DNA of 59,441 nt, the filler included, from Bipalium vagum (taxonomy: Eukaryota), in NCBI GenBank assembly GCA_037834085.1. It is 3 parts of 3 records of this genome, joined end to end, with 100 filler letters (N's around TTAATTAATTAA, not from the genome) between each part and the next. Parts side by side here need not be neighbours in the genome. Positions count along the whole stretch, not along the records: positions 16,935 to 42,420 come from JBBMKC010193831.1; positions 42,521 to 59,441 come from JBBMKC010086387.1; 1 more part is not named here. One strand, written 5' to 3'. Within the stretch, counting starts at the first letter, position 1; the number at the start of each line of letters is the position of its first letter. The notes beneath the pieces were generated by a model that saw only the letters and a program-made list of their open reading frames with translations, was not told the DNA's origin and did not search any database. Position numbers and translations under genes: made by a program. Below are positions 36,850 to 47,872 of this stretch, piece by piece.

Positions 36850-39800
36850 AGTAAATGTTTTCCCCCTTGGTAGGAATAGTAAAGAAAACTGATCAAGAAT
36901 TTTTTCGAAAGCCTTTGGTTAGGTGAAAAGTATATCTTCCTCGATTGCACTGTATCAGCTGCAATTCTTGATGGATGTGTCGATTATCTTTTCTATTATC
37001 TTGATCTGAATATGATAAACAATATTTCTGTAGTATTTCTCATCTTTCAGCCCCAAACTCTCAACAACGTCTTCTAGTTTTAGATTTTGAAAAAAGGTTT
37101 TCTTTTTTTATCAATCCGAAATTTTTCCACAGCTCCGAAATTGCATATTTCATAGCGGGTACTTTGAAAGATTTCTTTTTTGAAATTTCTGGAAATATTG
37201 ATTTCTTTGAGTTGAGTGAGAGCCCTCTAGACGAAACATGTGATTCAGGTCTCTACTCAAATTTGATCTTTTGTAGAATAATTGAGAATTATTCAAGTGT
37301 AGAACTGGCTGGTTTTAACTTCCAGTCCATTCAGGAAAAATTTTTATCTTCATCTGATTTACTTTGTCCTGAAACCTCTAAGTTTGTTCATTCTCTTCCT
37401 TCAATCAATGAGAAAAGACTCGGCAGAAAAGATAGACAAAATAGTGCTGGCACTTTTAATAGAAATGATCGAAAATGATTATGACGTTGACCGTATCATG
37501 GATAAAATTATCAGTCTCTTCCCTTCTCAATCTTCTATTTCATGCCATAAACCACATCTTGGATCGAACATGTTTAAAGAAAGGGTGAATAAATTTTCTG
37601 TAAGATCTAATTTTAATAAAAATATGAAATACACGGTAAATAAGATTCTCAATGACGATATTATTGATTGCCGACTATCAATGATAGAACAATTTATTGA
37701 ACACTTTACTCACTCTTTACCTGAAAACAAAACTTGGGTTTTCAACGATTTTTGTAATTCTTCCTCGATTAAACTGTGTCATGAATTGATTTCAGTTTGT
37801 ATGGCACTGAAAAAAGTAGATAACACAACTCCTGGATGTGATGGCATCACATACATTAATTTGAAATATCTGGATCCTGACGGAGATATCTTATGCTTCT
37901 TTTTAATAAAACAATTGAATCCGGTAAAATTCCTGCTCTTTTGACTTTGTTTAAAACATTTTAATTCCGAAACCTGGCAAAGATGATAATTATCATCTGG
38001 TGTCAAGCTGGAGACCACTTGCTCTTCTCTGAATTTCTTACAAAATTTCGCTGCGACTCTCTGTAGGGAGAACAATCTTCTTCGTTTTTATCAAAAAGGT
38101 GACAATGAGTATGAGAGATATGTCGAGCATAATGCAGGTCTAACTGCAGCTTTGGAACACTCTAAATATTTAAAACATTGCCCAATTTTCATTGCTTGGC
38201 TTGACATCAAAGACGTCTTTCAGAGTGTTCCACGCCAATATCTGTGATCACTTTTTAGTTTTATAGGAGTTGGCAACAGCTTCGTAAAAATATTGGAATT
38301 ATTCCACAATAATATCAGTACATTTTACAACTATAGGCCTTTGACAACGCGAAATCTGCCAATTTGGAGAGGTTAGAGACAAGATTTTCCATGTTACTTT
38401 TTGGAATTGCAATAAATCCGGTTCTTGAAAATGTGAGCTCTGTTTCGGTCCCATCTTTTATGATTGGAACTTCTGCAATAAGAGTTTCGGCTTATGCAGA
38501 TGATAATGCCGTTATTGCCAATAATTCTGCCATCTTACAGAAAATTATCGATGCAGCCGTTTCAACCACTGAGTGGTCAGGAATGTACTGCCGTCCTGAG
38601 ATGTGCCTTCTTAAATTTGCCACAATATGAACTGAGTAATGTCATTTCCATCTACAATATTCCACTTCGTTGGCTGACTTCTAAAGAGTTCTATCAGTCC
38701 TGTTGGTGTGGAAATTGATCAGTCACCCTATGAAACTCTGAATAAAGTCATTGTCGATTTGGGTAAGATTTTCAATTCTCCCTTGTTGGGCTGGCAGAAA
38801 CTGAAAGCCTATAAAATAATTTTGCATTCTCGTTTGGTTTTTCCATTCAGAACTAGAGAAGTAAAAATTAACTCGATTTGCAGACCATTAAAACCTGGCC
38901 CAGGTAATGAGAATAGAAGCTCAAAAATCAGATCATGCTTAAAACAAGTCCTGAAACTACCACCACAAGCCGAGTCCAATTATCTCTATTCTTGTATCGA
39001 AAATGGAGGAGCTGGTTTGACTGATTTGAGTGATGAATATTCTACTCAATGTATTGTACGAGGTTTTCGTCTCTTGACAACATAATGCGATTCTATTCAT
39101 AAAATCATTTCTGACTCTCTTTGTTTTGTCGTGGCTACTCGTCTGACTTCATCTATTTGTAATATTTCGGATTGTCTTCAAGGGATTAACGAAGGTAAGA
39201 CAAAATACAACTCAGCATCAAAAAAATCTTGGTGGCTGAGAGAGAAACAGTCCATTGAGTGTTTTAAAAAATCCTTTGCTATTTTAATTTCTTTTGAATT
39301 GGAAAGTGATATGGTTTCCCTTCGAATTTTTTCTGAAAGAAAGGTAATTCTATAAGCACCTTTAAAGAACGAAGTGCTTTATCTCATCTCCTCCATCTCT
39401 AGATTCAAATTTCTTACAGTTTGAAGAGGCACAACAGCAAGTGGAGTAATCTTATTGCTGATACTGTTAAACTGTGCTCTCTAGTAAATAAAATGATTTT
39501 TAAGGGTGATTTGAGTGACTTTGGCTTCAAATTTATTCATAAAACTCGTTCAAACTCGCTTCCTATCAATTCAAGACCGTGGAATAAGTGTAAAGATTCT
39601 CGTGTCTGCAGACGCTGTCACTTTTCTGAGGAATCAATGACGCATGCATTACAAAATTGTCATTGTGTACAGAGCGTCACAATGCTTGTTTAAGGAAACT
39701 TGTTGATGCGCTTTGTAGTCTAGACATTATTTTAGTCATGGACAAGAAATGTGAGTCTTGAAAGATTGCAACATGTTGACAAAAATTTGATTCTTCTCAT

Positions 39801-40130
39801 TTATGTCAAATGTCCGGTGGATATCCTGGAAAATTTCAGGAATTCAGATGAAAACAATTTAGTTAAATACGCAGATCTTCGTAATCAACTTCAAGTGTTG
39901 AAGCCTGATTATAAAGTTGTACGACATACATACATTATGGGGTCCCTAGGAACAGTACCGCCAAAAATAGTTAATGTATTGGAGAAAAACGGAAGTCAAA
40001 AATTGGTCCACTTCTCAAGGAATGTGCAGTGTCAAATATTGAATACTTGGCAAAGATTTGGCAGTACTATGTTGCAGGAATCCTGAGATCTATTTAGAGC
40101 TGTGATATTCCCCGATGTCAATAAAGCTGG
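36850..40130 (+). mobile_element. NeSL/R4/Utopia-like RLE non-LTR retrotransposon (Ulp1-like, RT, CCHC, restriction-like endonuclease), pseudogenised
   Basis: TPGCDGITY, IPKPGK..WRPLAL, QKG..VEHN, AWLDIKDVFQSVP, LLFGIAINP, SAYADD, CRRCHFSEESMTHALQNC, YVKCPVD..KYADL..GSLG. Upstream LLVLDFEK...PLDETCDSGLY resembles a decayed Ulp1 protease. Confidence 0.92.
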
Positions 40131-40139
40131 GTGAAGAAC

Positions 40140-40812
40140 AACTTTCAAATTCAAATGTTTAATATTGTTTAATAGTTGTTATGATTTTAACAAAAGATTG
40201 TTTAATTTATAGAGATTTATTTTTAAATATAAATGTATCAAAAACCTAAAAGCTAAATAAGGTTCCTTTTCAATATATGACAATTGCACAAATTTGTACA
40301 AAAATATTTTTCCATGATAAATAATGAAGAAATTGGAATTCCAAGATTAAGTAATTTTGAGAATGTATAAGTATATTCTTATAAATGTATATTGGTTAGA
40401 ATATTTTAATAAAGTAAAAAATATAAATATTCACTTTCAAAAAGAGAAAAAATATAAGAGCCTAAAATTACAAATATAGAGCTGGTGGAATTTACTATGA
40501 TGAATAAAACAAGATGTATTATATTTATGAATTTAATGGTTGTTATTTTCATTGTTGTTTAGAATTTTATAATAAAGAAGACGTGTGTAAAAAAGGAAAT
40601 AAAACAATTGAATTTTTAAATAATCGAACTTTAGAATAAAAGAATAATATGATAAAGTATTTTAAGGATATAAATTTAAAATTAGAATTCATAGAAATAT
40701 GGGAATTTGAATATAATAAATATATATTTTTGAAAATTCTGATTTTAAAAAATTTTTAATTGATCCAGAATTATTTCAACTAAAACCTAAAGATGCATCT
40801 TATGGAGGATAA
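40140..40812 (+). pseudogene. Polinton protein-primed DNA polymerase B, ExoIII to GGR motif, with VSR-like insertion
   Basis: YCLIVVMILTKDCLIYRDLFL, PFQYMTIAQICTKIFF, WLEY, IYEFNGCYFHCC..FY, EIWEFEY, LKPKDASYGG*. Confidence 0.85.
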
Positions 40813-41585
40813 CGTGGTTACATCGGTAACAAAAGAGACCACAGTGAAACTGGAAGTATCTGAAATGTTTGATAACATTTATTTCAACACCTGTGGTCTG
40901 TTAACGGAAACCAGGCAGAAGAAGAAGTACATCCTAGGTATAATAGATCAGTACAGTAAATATATCTGTTTAACAGCAGTAGGAAGGCAAGACGAAATGA
41001 CGATTATAGATGTGATAAAGAAAAGTTATGTTTTCAAGTTTGGTAGTCATAAGACTATCAATGTGGATTGCGCAGGCATTTGAGTCAAAGAAGATGGAAA
41101 GGTTTGCGAAAAGTATAAATACAGAACTACGATTTTCAAGCCCATACCATCACAACACTAATGGCCAGATCGAACGACAATCGAACTATTAGGGAGAAAC
41201 TGAATGCAGCCAGAGCAGAACAAAGGAGAAAGGATTGGGAGGAAGTATTGCCAGAGGTCGAGTTTTCATTTAATGCAACAACGCAGAAGACGATGGGAAT
41301 AAGCCTGGCGAAGATTGTTTTTGGCAGGCGCATAGATCGAGAAAGGTAGTATCCGTTGAGATAGAGAAGGTTGATAGAACGGAAGTGAAATGTATTACGA
41401 AAAAAAATTGAAGTCGGTGACGAGGTCTTGGTCAAAGTTGAAACGAGGAACAAAGACCAGCAAAGATACGAAGGTCCATATCAAATCCAAAGGAAGATAC
41501 ATGGAAAACGGTATTTGTTAGAACATGCAGATGGAAGAATTCTGGAGAGGTTTTTTTAATTTTAAAAAATTCTTGAGAGGGGGGA
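40813..41585 (+). mobile_element. Ty3/Gypsy integrase and PPT
   Basis: KKYILGIIDQYSKY, INVDCA, FSSPYHHNTNGQIER, WEEVLPEVEFSFNAT, RYEGPY. PPT GAGAGGGGGGA at 41575-41585. Confidence 0.92.
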
Positions 41586-41895
41586 TATAAGGAGTGGTTC
41601 GACCAATTAGTTGCTTGAATTTTTTTAAATAAAGACCTCACACCAAAATCAACAATTATTAAATGTTTTTAATTTAAAGTTTTTAAAAATTATTAAGTTA
41701 TGGTTTATTTAAATATGTAATAAAAAATTTTAAATAAATGTTATTAAATTTTTATAAAGTAAATAATTTACTTTTAAAAAATAAGTGAGATCCATGTTTG
41801 AAAAGTTTTATAAGTAATCGGATTTAGTAAAATATATTATTATTGTATTGATCTTATATTATTATTTAAAATGACTATACAAGAATATAACTGTG
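41586..41895 (+). repeat. Gypsy 3' LTR (~310 bp)
   Basis: Starts directly after the PPT (TATAAGG, probably decayed TGTAAGG). Homologous to 18344-18515. Confidence 0.7.
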
Positions 41896-41899
41896 ATGA

Positions 41900-42150
41900 A
41901 TATTTATTGATGATTCTTGTGAAAATAAAAATTGTCATCATGAAGAATGTAAACCTGTAAGAAAAATAGAAAAATTAAAAAGTAAAAATTTTGGAGATTT
42001 AACGGAAGAAGATGAGAAAGATTATGGAATAGTATCATATATATAAATGAAATCGTTGTACCAGCTCCAAAAGATTATCATATGAAAATTTGGAGTACTA
42101 AGGAAAATAAAATATTTACAAGAGGCTAAACAAAAGGATTTTTTAAATCA
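41900..42150 (+). pseudogene. Polinton pPolB C-terminal (post-DTDS) relic
   Basis: IFIDD...FGDLTEEDEKDYGIVSYI/NEIVVPAPKDYHMK...TRG*TKGF (cf. LGDLTDE..YI.EFV..GPK.Y...K.KGF). Confidence 0.8.
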
Positions 42151-42324
42151 AAACAAAGTATAAAATAAAATTTTGAAATTCCAATATACTTAATTGTTGA
42201 TCGTTTTTAAAATATTTACATGCTTTTACATAATTTGAAGAAGTTTTATTATTTTTTTCTTTTTCAAATTGAATTGGATTTAATGGATAATAAGAAATAT
42301 TAACTTGAATTCTTAATGATATTA

Positions 42325-42420
42325 CAGTCGGCGCTCAGTTATCTGAACGCTTAGTTATTTGAACTTTCAGTTATTTGAATAATTTTTTGAAAAATGAAGA
42401 CATGTCTATTCAAACAAAGC
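42325..42420 (+). mobile_element. pogo/Tigger-type left TIR cut by gap
   Basis: TA-CAGTCGGCGCTCAGTTATCTGAAC with repeated AGTTATYTGAA. Confidence 0.6.
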
Positions 42421-42520
42421 NNNNNNNNNNNNNNNNNNNNNNNNNNNNNNNNNNNNNNNNNNNNTTAATTAATTAANNNNNNNNNNNNNNNNNNNNNNNN
42501 NNNNNNNNNNNNNNNNNNNN
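42421..42520. other. Artificial contig-join linker
   Basis: 44 N + TTAATTAATTAA + 44 N. Confidence 0.97.
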
Positions 42521-43377
42521 ATAATTATTTGAGAAAATTTTGTATAAACTTTATTATTTAAAAATAATGCAGAACTTATTCCACAACCCAATATAACCAT
42601 TGAGGCATGCCCGTTTAGACAGGTGAGTTTTAGGAAACGGTTTTGAAAGAGTAAGACTCACAGATACATTGGGTTGACAATATTATTTTGAAGAAATACT
42701 GTCCATAATTTACATACATAGATACATAAATGGAACTGTCTAATCTGCAGCTAATTGTCCCGTACTTTTATTTCTTCCTGTCGTGAACCGGTTTTGCATT
42801 GACAAAGATAGCAAAATCTCATTTAAAGACAACTTTTAATGATGAAAACATAAAAATGGAAATAAAGTTTTTTTCTGATCAGATTAATTCAGTTAAAGGG
42901 ATTTTTCTTTTTTAACATTAGTGTCAATTATTCCTATATTATTTTAAACAAAGATTTTTGTTCAAAACTCTCAAAGACCACACGACCTAATCTGATCTTA
43001 TTAAACAAATTATTTTTCATTTTCTGCAATATAAAAAGGTAGCTGATATCACCATGAGCGACCCTTACAAATCAAAAGTGTTTGGTAAACCAAAGAAAAT
43101 TTTCCATTCATGTTAGTTCCATTATGACTAACCTATTACACAGGGAAGAGTGATGGAAAGCACTCAATCTTCTATATAAATTCTATGTTGTGGATATTGA
43201 CGTATCACTTGGTCCTGGGTTATTAAAAATATTCTAGTGATGATAAAATTAAAGTTGCGCAACATATTTCTAATCGTAAATAAATATTCTCTAACTAAAA
43301 ACTCAAAAAATATATAACAGAAATTCCAAAATAATATAAAGGAATTATAATATAATATTAAAAAAATGTGATAAATA

Positions 43378-43959
43378 AAAATGTCAAGAAATGTGACCAC
43401 TCTTTAAAACCAAATAATTTGAAGAGAGATCACTTTAAAAATAAATTTGCCACATTGGTTAACGGTCTATCACAGGATCCAAATAGGATAGAGTTTTTTG
43501 AATGATAAAGGTATGTACATTTTCCAAGAAAAATTTTTTACAATGATGAAACTAGTTTTAAATTAAATGGTTCCACCAATCGCAATAATTCTACTTGTTG
43601 GGGTTATATGAAGGATATAGTTTATAGCACAACACCAGGAACTACAGGGAACTAAAGGCTTCATTACACCGAAAATTTGTCGAATTCCAAAAGAAATGAT
43701 TATGAACTTTGTCTTTCAATCGCTTCCCGATATCATCAATGTTCAAGCCAAGATGGTTTTCAGGTTGAACAAATGCGTTAACAAATTATTGCACATTAAT
43801 GTTAGGCTGTAACTCATAAACTGCACATATTTTCATGGTATTTTTCTCATTTTTATACTTGACAGTTTATTAAAATTACAGAATAAATAATCATCTTAAC
43901 TGAGAAAATGTTAAGTTAATAACTTTAAAAAAGTGGTAACATTTTTTGGAGACACAATG
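43378..43959 (+). mobile_element. Deleted DD41D/rosa-like Tc1/mariner element
   Basis: [16 protein letters not shown] joined to [10 protein letters not shown]..., DGFQVEQ. Right TIR AGTGGTAACATTTTTTGGAGACACAATG-TA. Confidence 0.8.
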
Positions 43960-44249
43960 TACCTAGAACTCATTACAAATCACTAAAAAATAAAACATCA
44001 ATTTCAAAACTTCAAAAATCTTCAAATAATAAATATTATTTATTTATATTTCTATGCGTTGAAATTATTCTCATATTTACAAATTCAGAAAATAGTTTGT
44101 TTTAATCAATTTTTGGTTTTTAATTGCTCTCCTTCTTTTATTTATTCCTTAGAGAGTTTATATCATGGTTAAATGTATCTGTAACTAAAAAAAGATTGAA
44201 CTGCGTGCCAAAACAGTGTACAGAGTTGGTAATATTTATTTATTAAATA

Positions 44250-46430
44250 AAGTGGATATTTAATAAATTAAAGATTCTTTTATTCATTATTCATGATACG
44301 ATTAAATCCTTCATTTGAGATTGTATCAAACATTTTCGAATCCATTTCTTTGAAAAGCTGCTCAAAACTCTTTTCTAGAAAAATAAACTAATATTAATAA
44401 AATAATTCATTAAATTTATTTATATTTTAAATATTTAACAGCGTATATTTAATTATTTAGAAAATCATTTTCATTATTGGAAATCGATATCCGAGAACAT
44501 AATAATGATTTTCTAATATTAAAGATGTATTAAAAAAATTCAAATTTTCAGAATAATAACAACTTTTTGTTATATTGAATTAATTTGTCAAAATTGCTTG
44601 TTTTTTTTTAATTTACCAAATTTCTGCTATTTGAATTTTCATTTCGTTAAAGTAACTTTTTGTAGTGCAGCATAAAAGACAACAAGAAATTCGAAAATTC
44701 TAAAATACCAGGCCAGAAAAGACAAACTCTAATTAGACTCATATACACGATAATATAAAATAGGATAGCACAAAAATGTCCTATATTTTCATTTCTAATA
44801 TTTGAACATTGAATAAGCAATTTTTAAGATAAATAAAATCAATAAAGTTCGTAAAAGTCTCTTTAAATTTATCTCTTAATTTTTTTTGTTTACATTTATA
44901 CTTAAAAAAACGTTTGACATCGGAAAACATGAATTATTTTATTGCGATAATGGCACACAATGTCATTCTGCCGCGGATGCCTATCGATATTTGGTCAATG
45001 CATGGAGACAAGAATAAGACAAATTGGTTCGGATATCAGTACAGGTCGAATGAGCTACAAAAGAAATTAGAGTTCAGAAAGATCGGTATCAGTAATCAAT
45101 GATCAGAGCATAACTTTGTTGAAAAATTTGGTTGATCTAGATTCTAGAAAATTCTGTATCTTTGTCAAGTTTAATCAGCCTAACAAATGTCGAAGGTTAA
45201 TTTAAAAAAATCTTCATGACCATTTGGATTTCGAGTCAAGTACAGGCAAATAGGTACCACATGTTTTAACAAATGAATACAAGAAAAATCGTGTCAGCCT
45301 AAGATAATTGTTGAAGTGCTGTCAAAAGTTTTTTGCGCCCCTCAATAGAAAATCTGCCGGTTGAACGTATTGTGTGGATTTTTAAGTAAAGAGAAATAAT
45401 TAAGCACCTACCCAAAAGAAGTGTGCGAAAATATTATATACGTGGTAAGGTTAAAAAGTACTTGAACTCTACCAGAAATAATGAAGTCAATTCAATTCAA
45501 CATTTTTAAACAATACATAAACATTTGTACGTCTCGTTTCTCGATATAACTGCCGTTAACATTGACTCAATTTTCCACCGGTCAACCATCCCATTGAAAC
45601 ATATTTCAAAGAAATTTTTATAATTCCCCATGAGAAATTCGTCACGTTATCCTTTATATCATCTTTTGAAACAAAGTTGTCTTCACACATGTCTTCTTCA
45701 GATGTTTGAACAAAAAATCATTGACTGTAAATGGTAGTCCGGCTTTTGTTAATGTGTCTTGTATTTACTTGGAAGTGTGAGTAAATATGATGGGGATAGA
45801 ACAGCTTCTGGTTTTGTGGTATGCAATGGATGCTTCGGGTTTCAAACAACATTACTGTTGTAGGTTCTACAGAAAATGGAATTATGAATTTTGACCAAAA
45901 ACGGACATGTAACAGATGCAGATTGATCAGGATATTTTAGACATATTTCCCGTAATGTAACGAATTGCTCGTAAGAAATTCCCAATTTTCCTATTTAAAT
46001 AATTTTATAAAATTGTCACTGGCACGAAAATGGAGTCTAAATTCAATAAAATGGTTTTAAGATAAAAACACATTTTCGACTTTAATCCAAGGACATATAA
46101 CGCTTTCTTTTTGGTTTTGCAAACTGCTGGAGGACACGAATAACAATTTGATCAAGAATTTTGGAACTGCTTCTTCTCCGTTTCGCAGAAATTAAAATAA
46201 GAATGTTAGTGGAAATATTTTTATTATGGGACAGCGTTGTGAGTTTGTTATTTTTGTCTTAGAATCCTCGCCACCAAGATCCATTAGACCTGGACTTGTG
46301 TCAACAGAGAGATTGAAGGAAAATAGTAGAGTCAACTTTTATGCCAATATAAATGATAAAGAATCATTTTATTTTACCGATATTTGGTTATTTAATAGAT
46401 TTAAGGAAAATGTTGCCATGGCAATTAAAA
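44250..46430 (-). pseudogene. Intron-containing membrane-protein gene relic, weak resemblance to Patched/NPC1/PTCHD ectodomain
   Basis: Fragments SVDTSPGLMDLGGEDSK, RNGEEAVPKFLI, RARKLGISYEQFVTLREICLK, WLTGG and LEKSFEQLFKEMDSKMFDTISNEGFNRIMNNE occur in the order expected for the Patched first loop. GT-AG introns visible, frame not fully recoverable. Confidence 0.3.
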
Positions 46431-46889
46431 ATTAAAATAATAAAAAATGATACTGTAAATAAAAGCCCTCTGAAAGTTCAAAATTTTAACTAAATTTTTG
46501 CAGAACAGAAAAGGTTAAACGGGAAAGTTTCATTACTAAGTGAAAATGAATTGTATTCAATGAAACTTCTTAATGTCCTTTCTTCGATGCGAGCTTCGCA
46601 GTACCCGCACAGGTTGAATAACATTTTTCCACATACTTTACACTTCCATAGTATTTTTTGTCAAAATATTCTACTTTAGCACTGATTTTATGTTTTTTAT
46701 TGATTTTTCTTAATGCGAATGGAATGACCCAAAAATTTTATAAAATGAAGAAAAAATGTAAATGTCCTTATAACGGTAATCATTTTGGAAATCATTTTCT
46801 AAGATGGTTGTACATATTTGTTACTATGGAGCTTAAAAGTGATAATATATCTTAAGTGCACATGAATGATTTTGAGATTTGCTAATTAT

Positions 46890-47760
46890 GGATTTAATTT
46901 TTGAATAAAGAACTTTTTGCAATTTTTGTTTATGCAAACTCATTATTTCAACTGCAAAGTGTACACAGGTTTTCTATAACAAAATTTGTGCCAGAAAACC
47001 TCCATTTGTGAAAAGCTTAATTTTTCATTTAATTAGAAGAAAGGATGTCTCATGGAATTGGGTCTTGCGACTCTGATTTTGTTAAAATAACTTATAAAGA
47101 AGAGTTTTATCGATTCATGACGATGAACTGCAAGTGTTATTGAACAAAGACGATGTGAAATTGAAAGAGAATTCCATTTTCACTGAATATGGCAGTGATT
47201 CCCAAATTGGACGCAAGGAATTTGGCAACGCTAAGTAATATTTATTCTGAAAAGAGGGCGTACGCCTGAAAAGTTAGGGAATCACTGGAATATGGCAACC
47301 AATTCTAAATCTCTTAAAAGATGTTAAAAAGATCTACAGAACACCGAAGAGAGTGATTTATCAATTGACAAAAAAAGACACCAAAGAAAGAGCATTAGAT
47401 TCGATATGATTGAAAACAATTTTAAAAATCTTTCGTATCATCCGGCTCTTGCTGGAAAACTTCTCACAAGCACGTTTATAAGGCTAAGATGGAGTTTGTT
47501 ACTCAACAAAACATTGATCCCTCGGATTATCACATGTTTCGGGCGGTGACACTGGGTCTTTGTCAGAGCATAGATACAAGAATTATGTAAATGTCAAAGA
47601 TGCAAAAAGATTAGACTGCTTTTAATCGAAATCTATTTTTCTATGATGGGTTCCATCAATTTCCGAAATATATTTGGAATGGTTGTCAATGGAGATGGTA
47701 ATTATTTGAAACGACAAATTGCTTTGACTTTCTCAATGTCAGAACTGCACACCAAATACG
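46890..47760 (+). mobile_element. mariner (DD34D) relic
   Basis: IHDDELQVLLNKD, DPSDYHMFRA, FFYDGFHQFP, GDGNYLK. Confidence 0.8.
47193..47287. mobile_element. 95-bp hAT MITE
   Basis: TIR CAGTGATTCCC / GGGAATCACTG with a perfect 8-bp TSD GAATATGG (47185-92, 47288-95). Confidence 0.95.
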
Positions 47761-47872
47761 TATTGACAGGTATGACGTTTTCCAAAACTTTTTTAAGCAA
47801 ATGATTTAAATAATATAAAATATAATATTATTATATATTATTAAATATAAAAATAAATAATAAAACAAGAAA

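Noticed and set aside
40086-40200. Spliced-leader, U2 snRNA or rRNA target next to the NeSL-like element; tRNA/rRNA genes anywhere
   Set aside because: No recognisable RNA-gene sequence by eye. A covariance-model search would be needed to exclude divergent ones.
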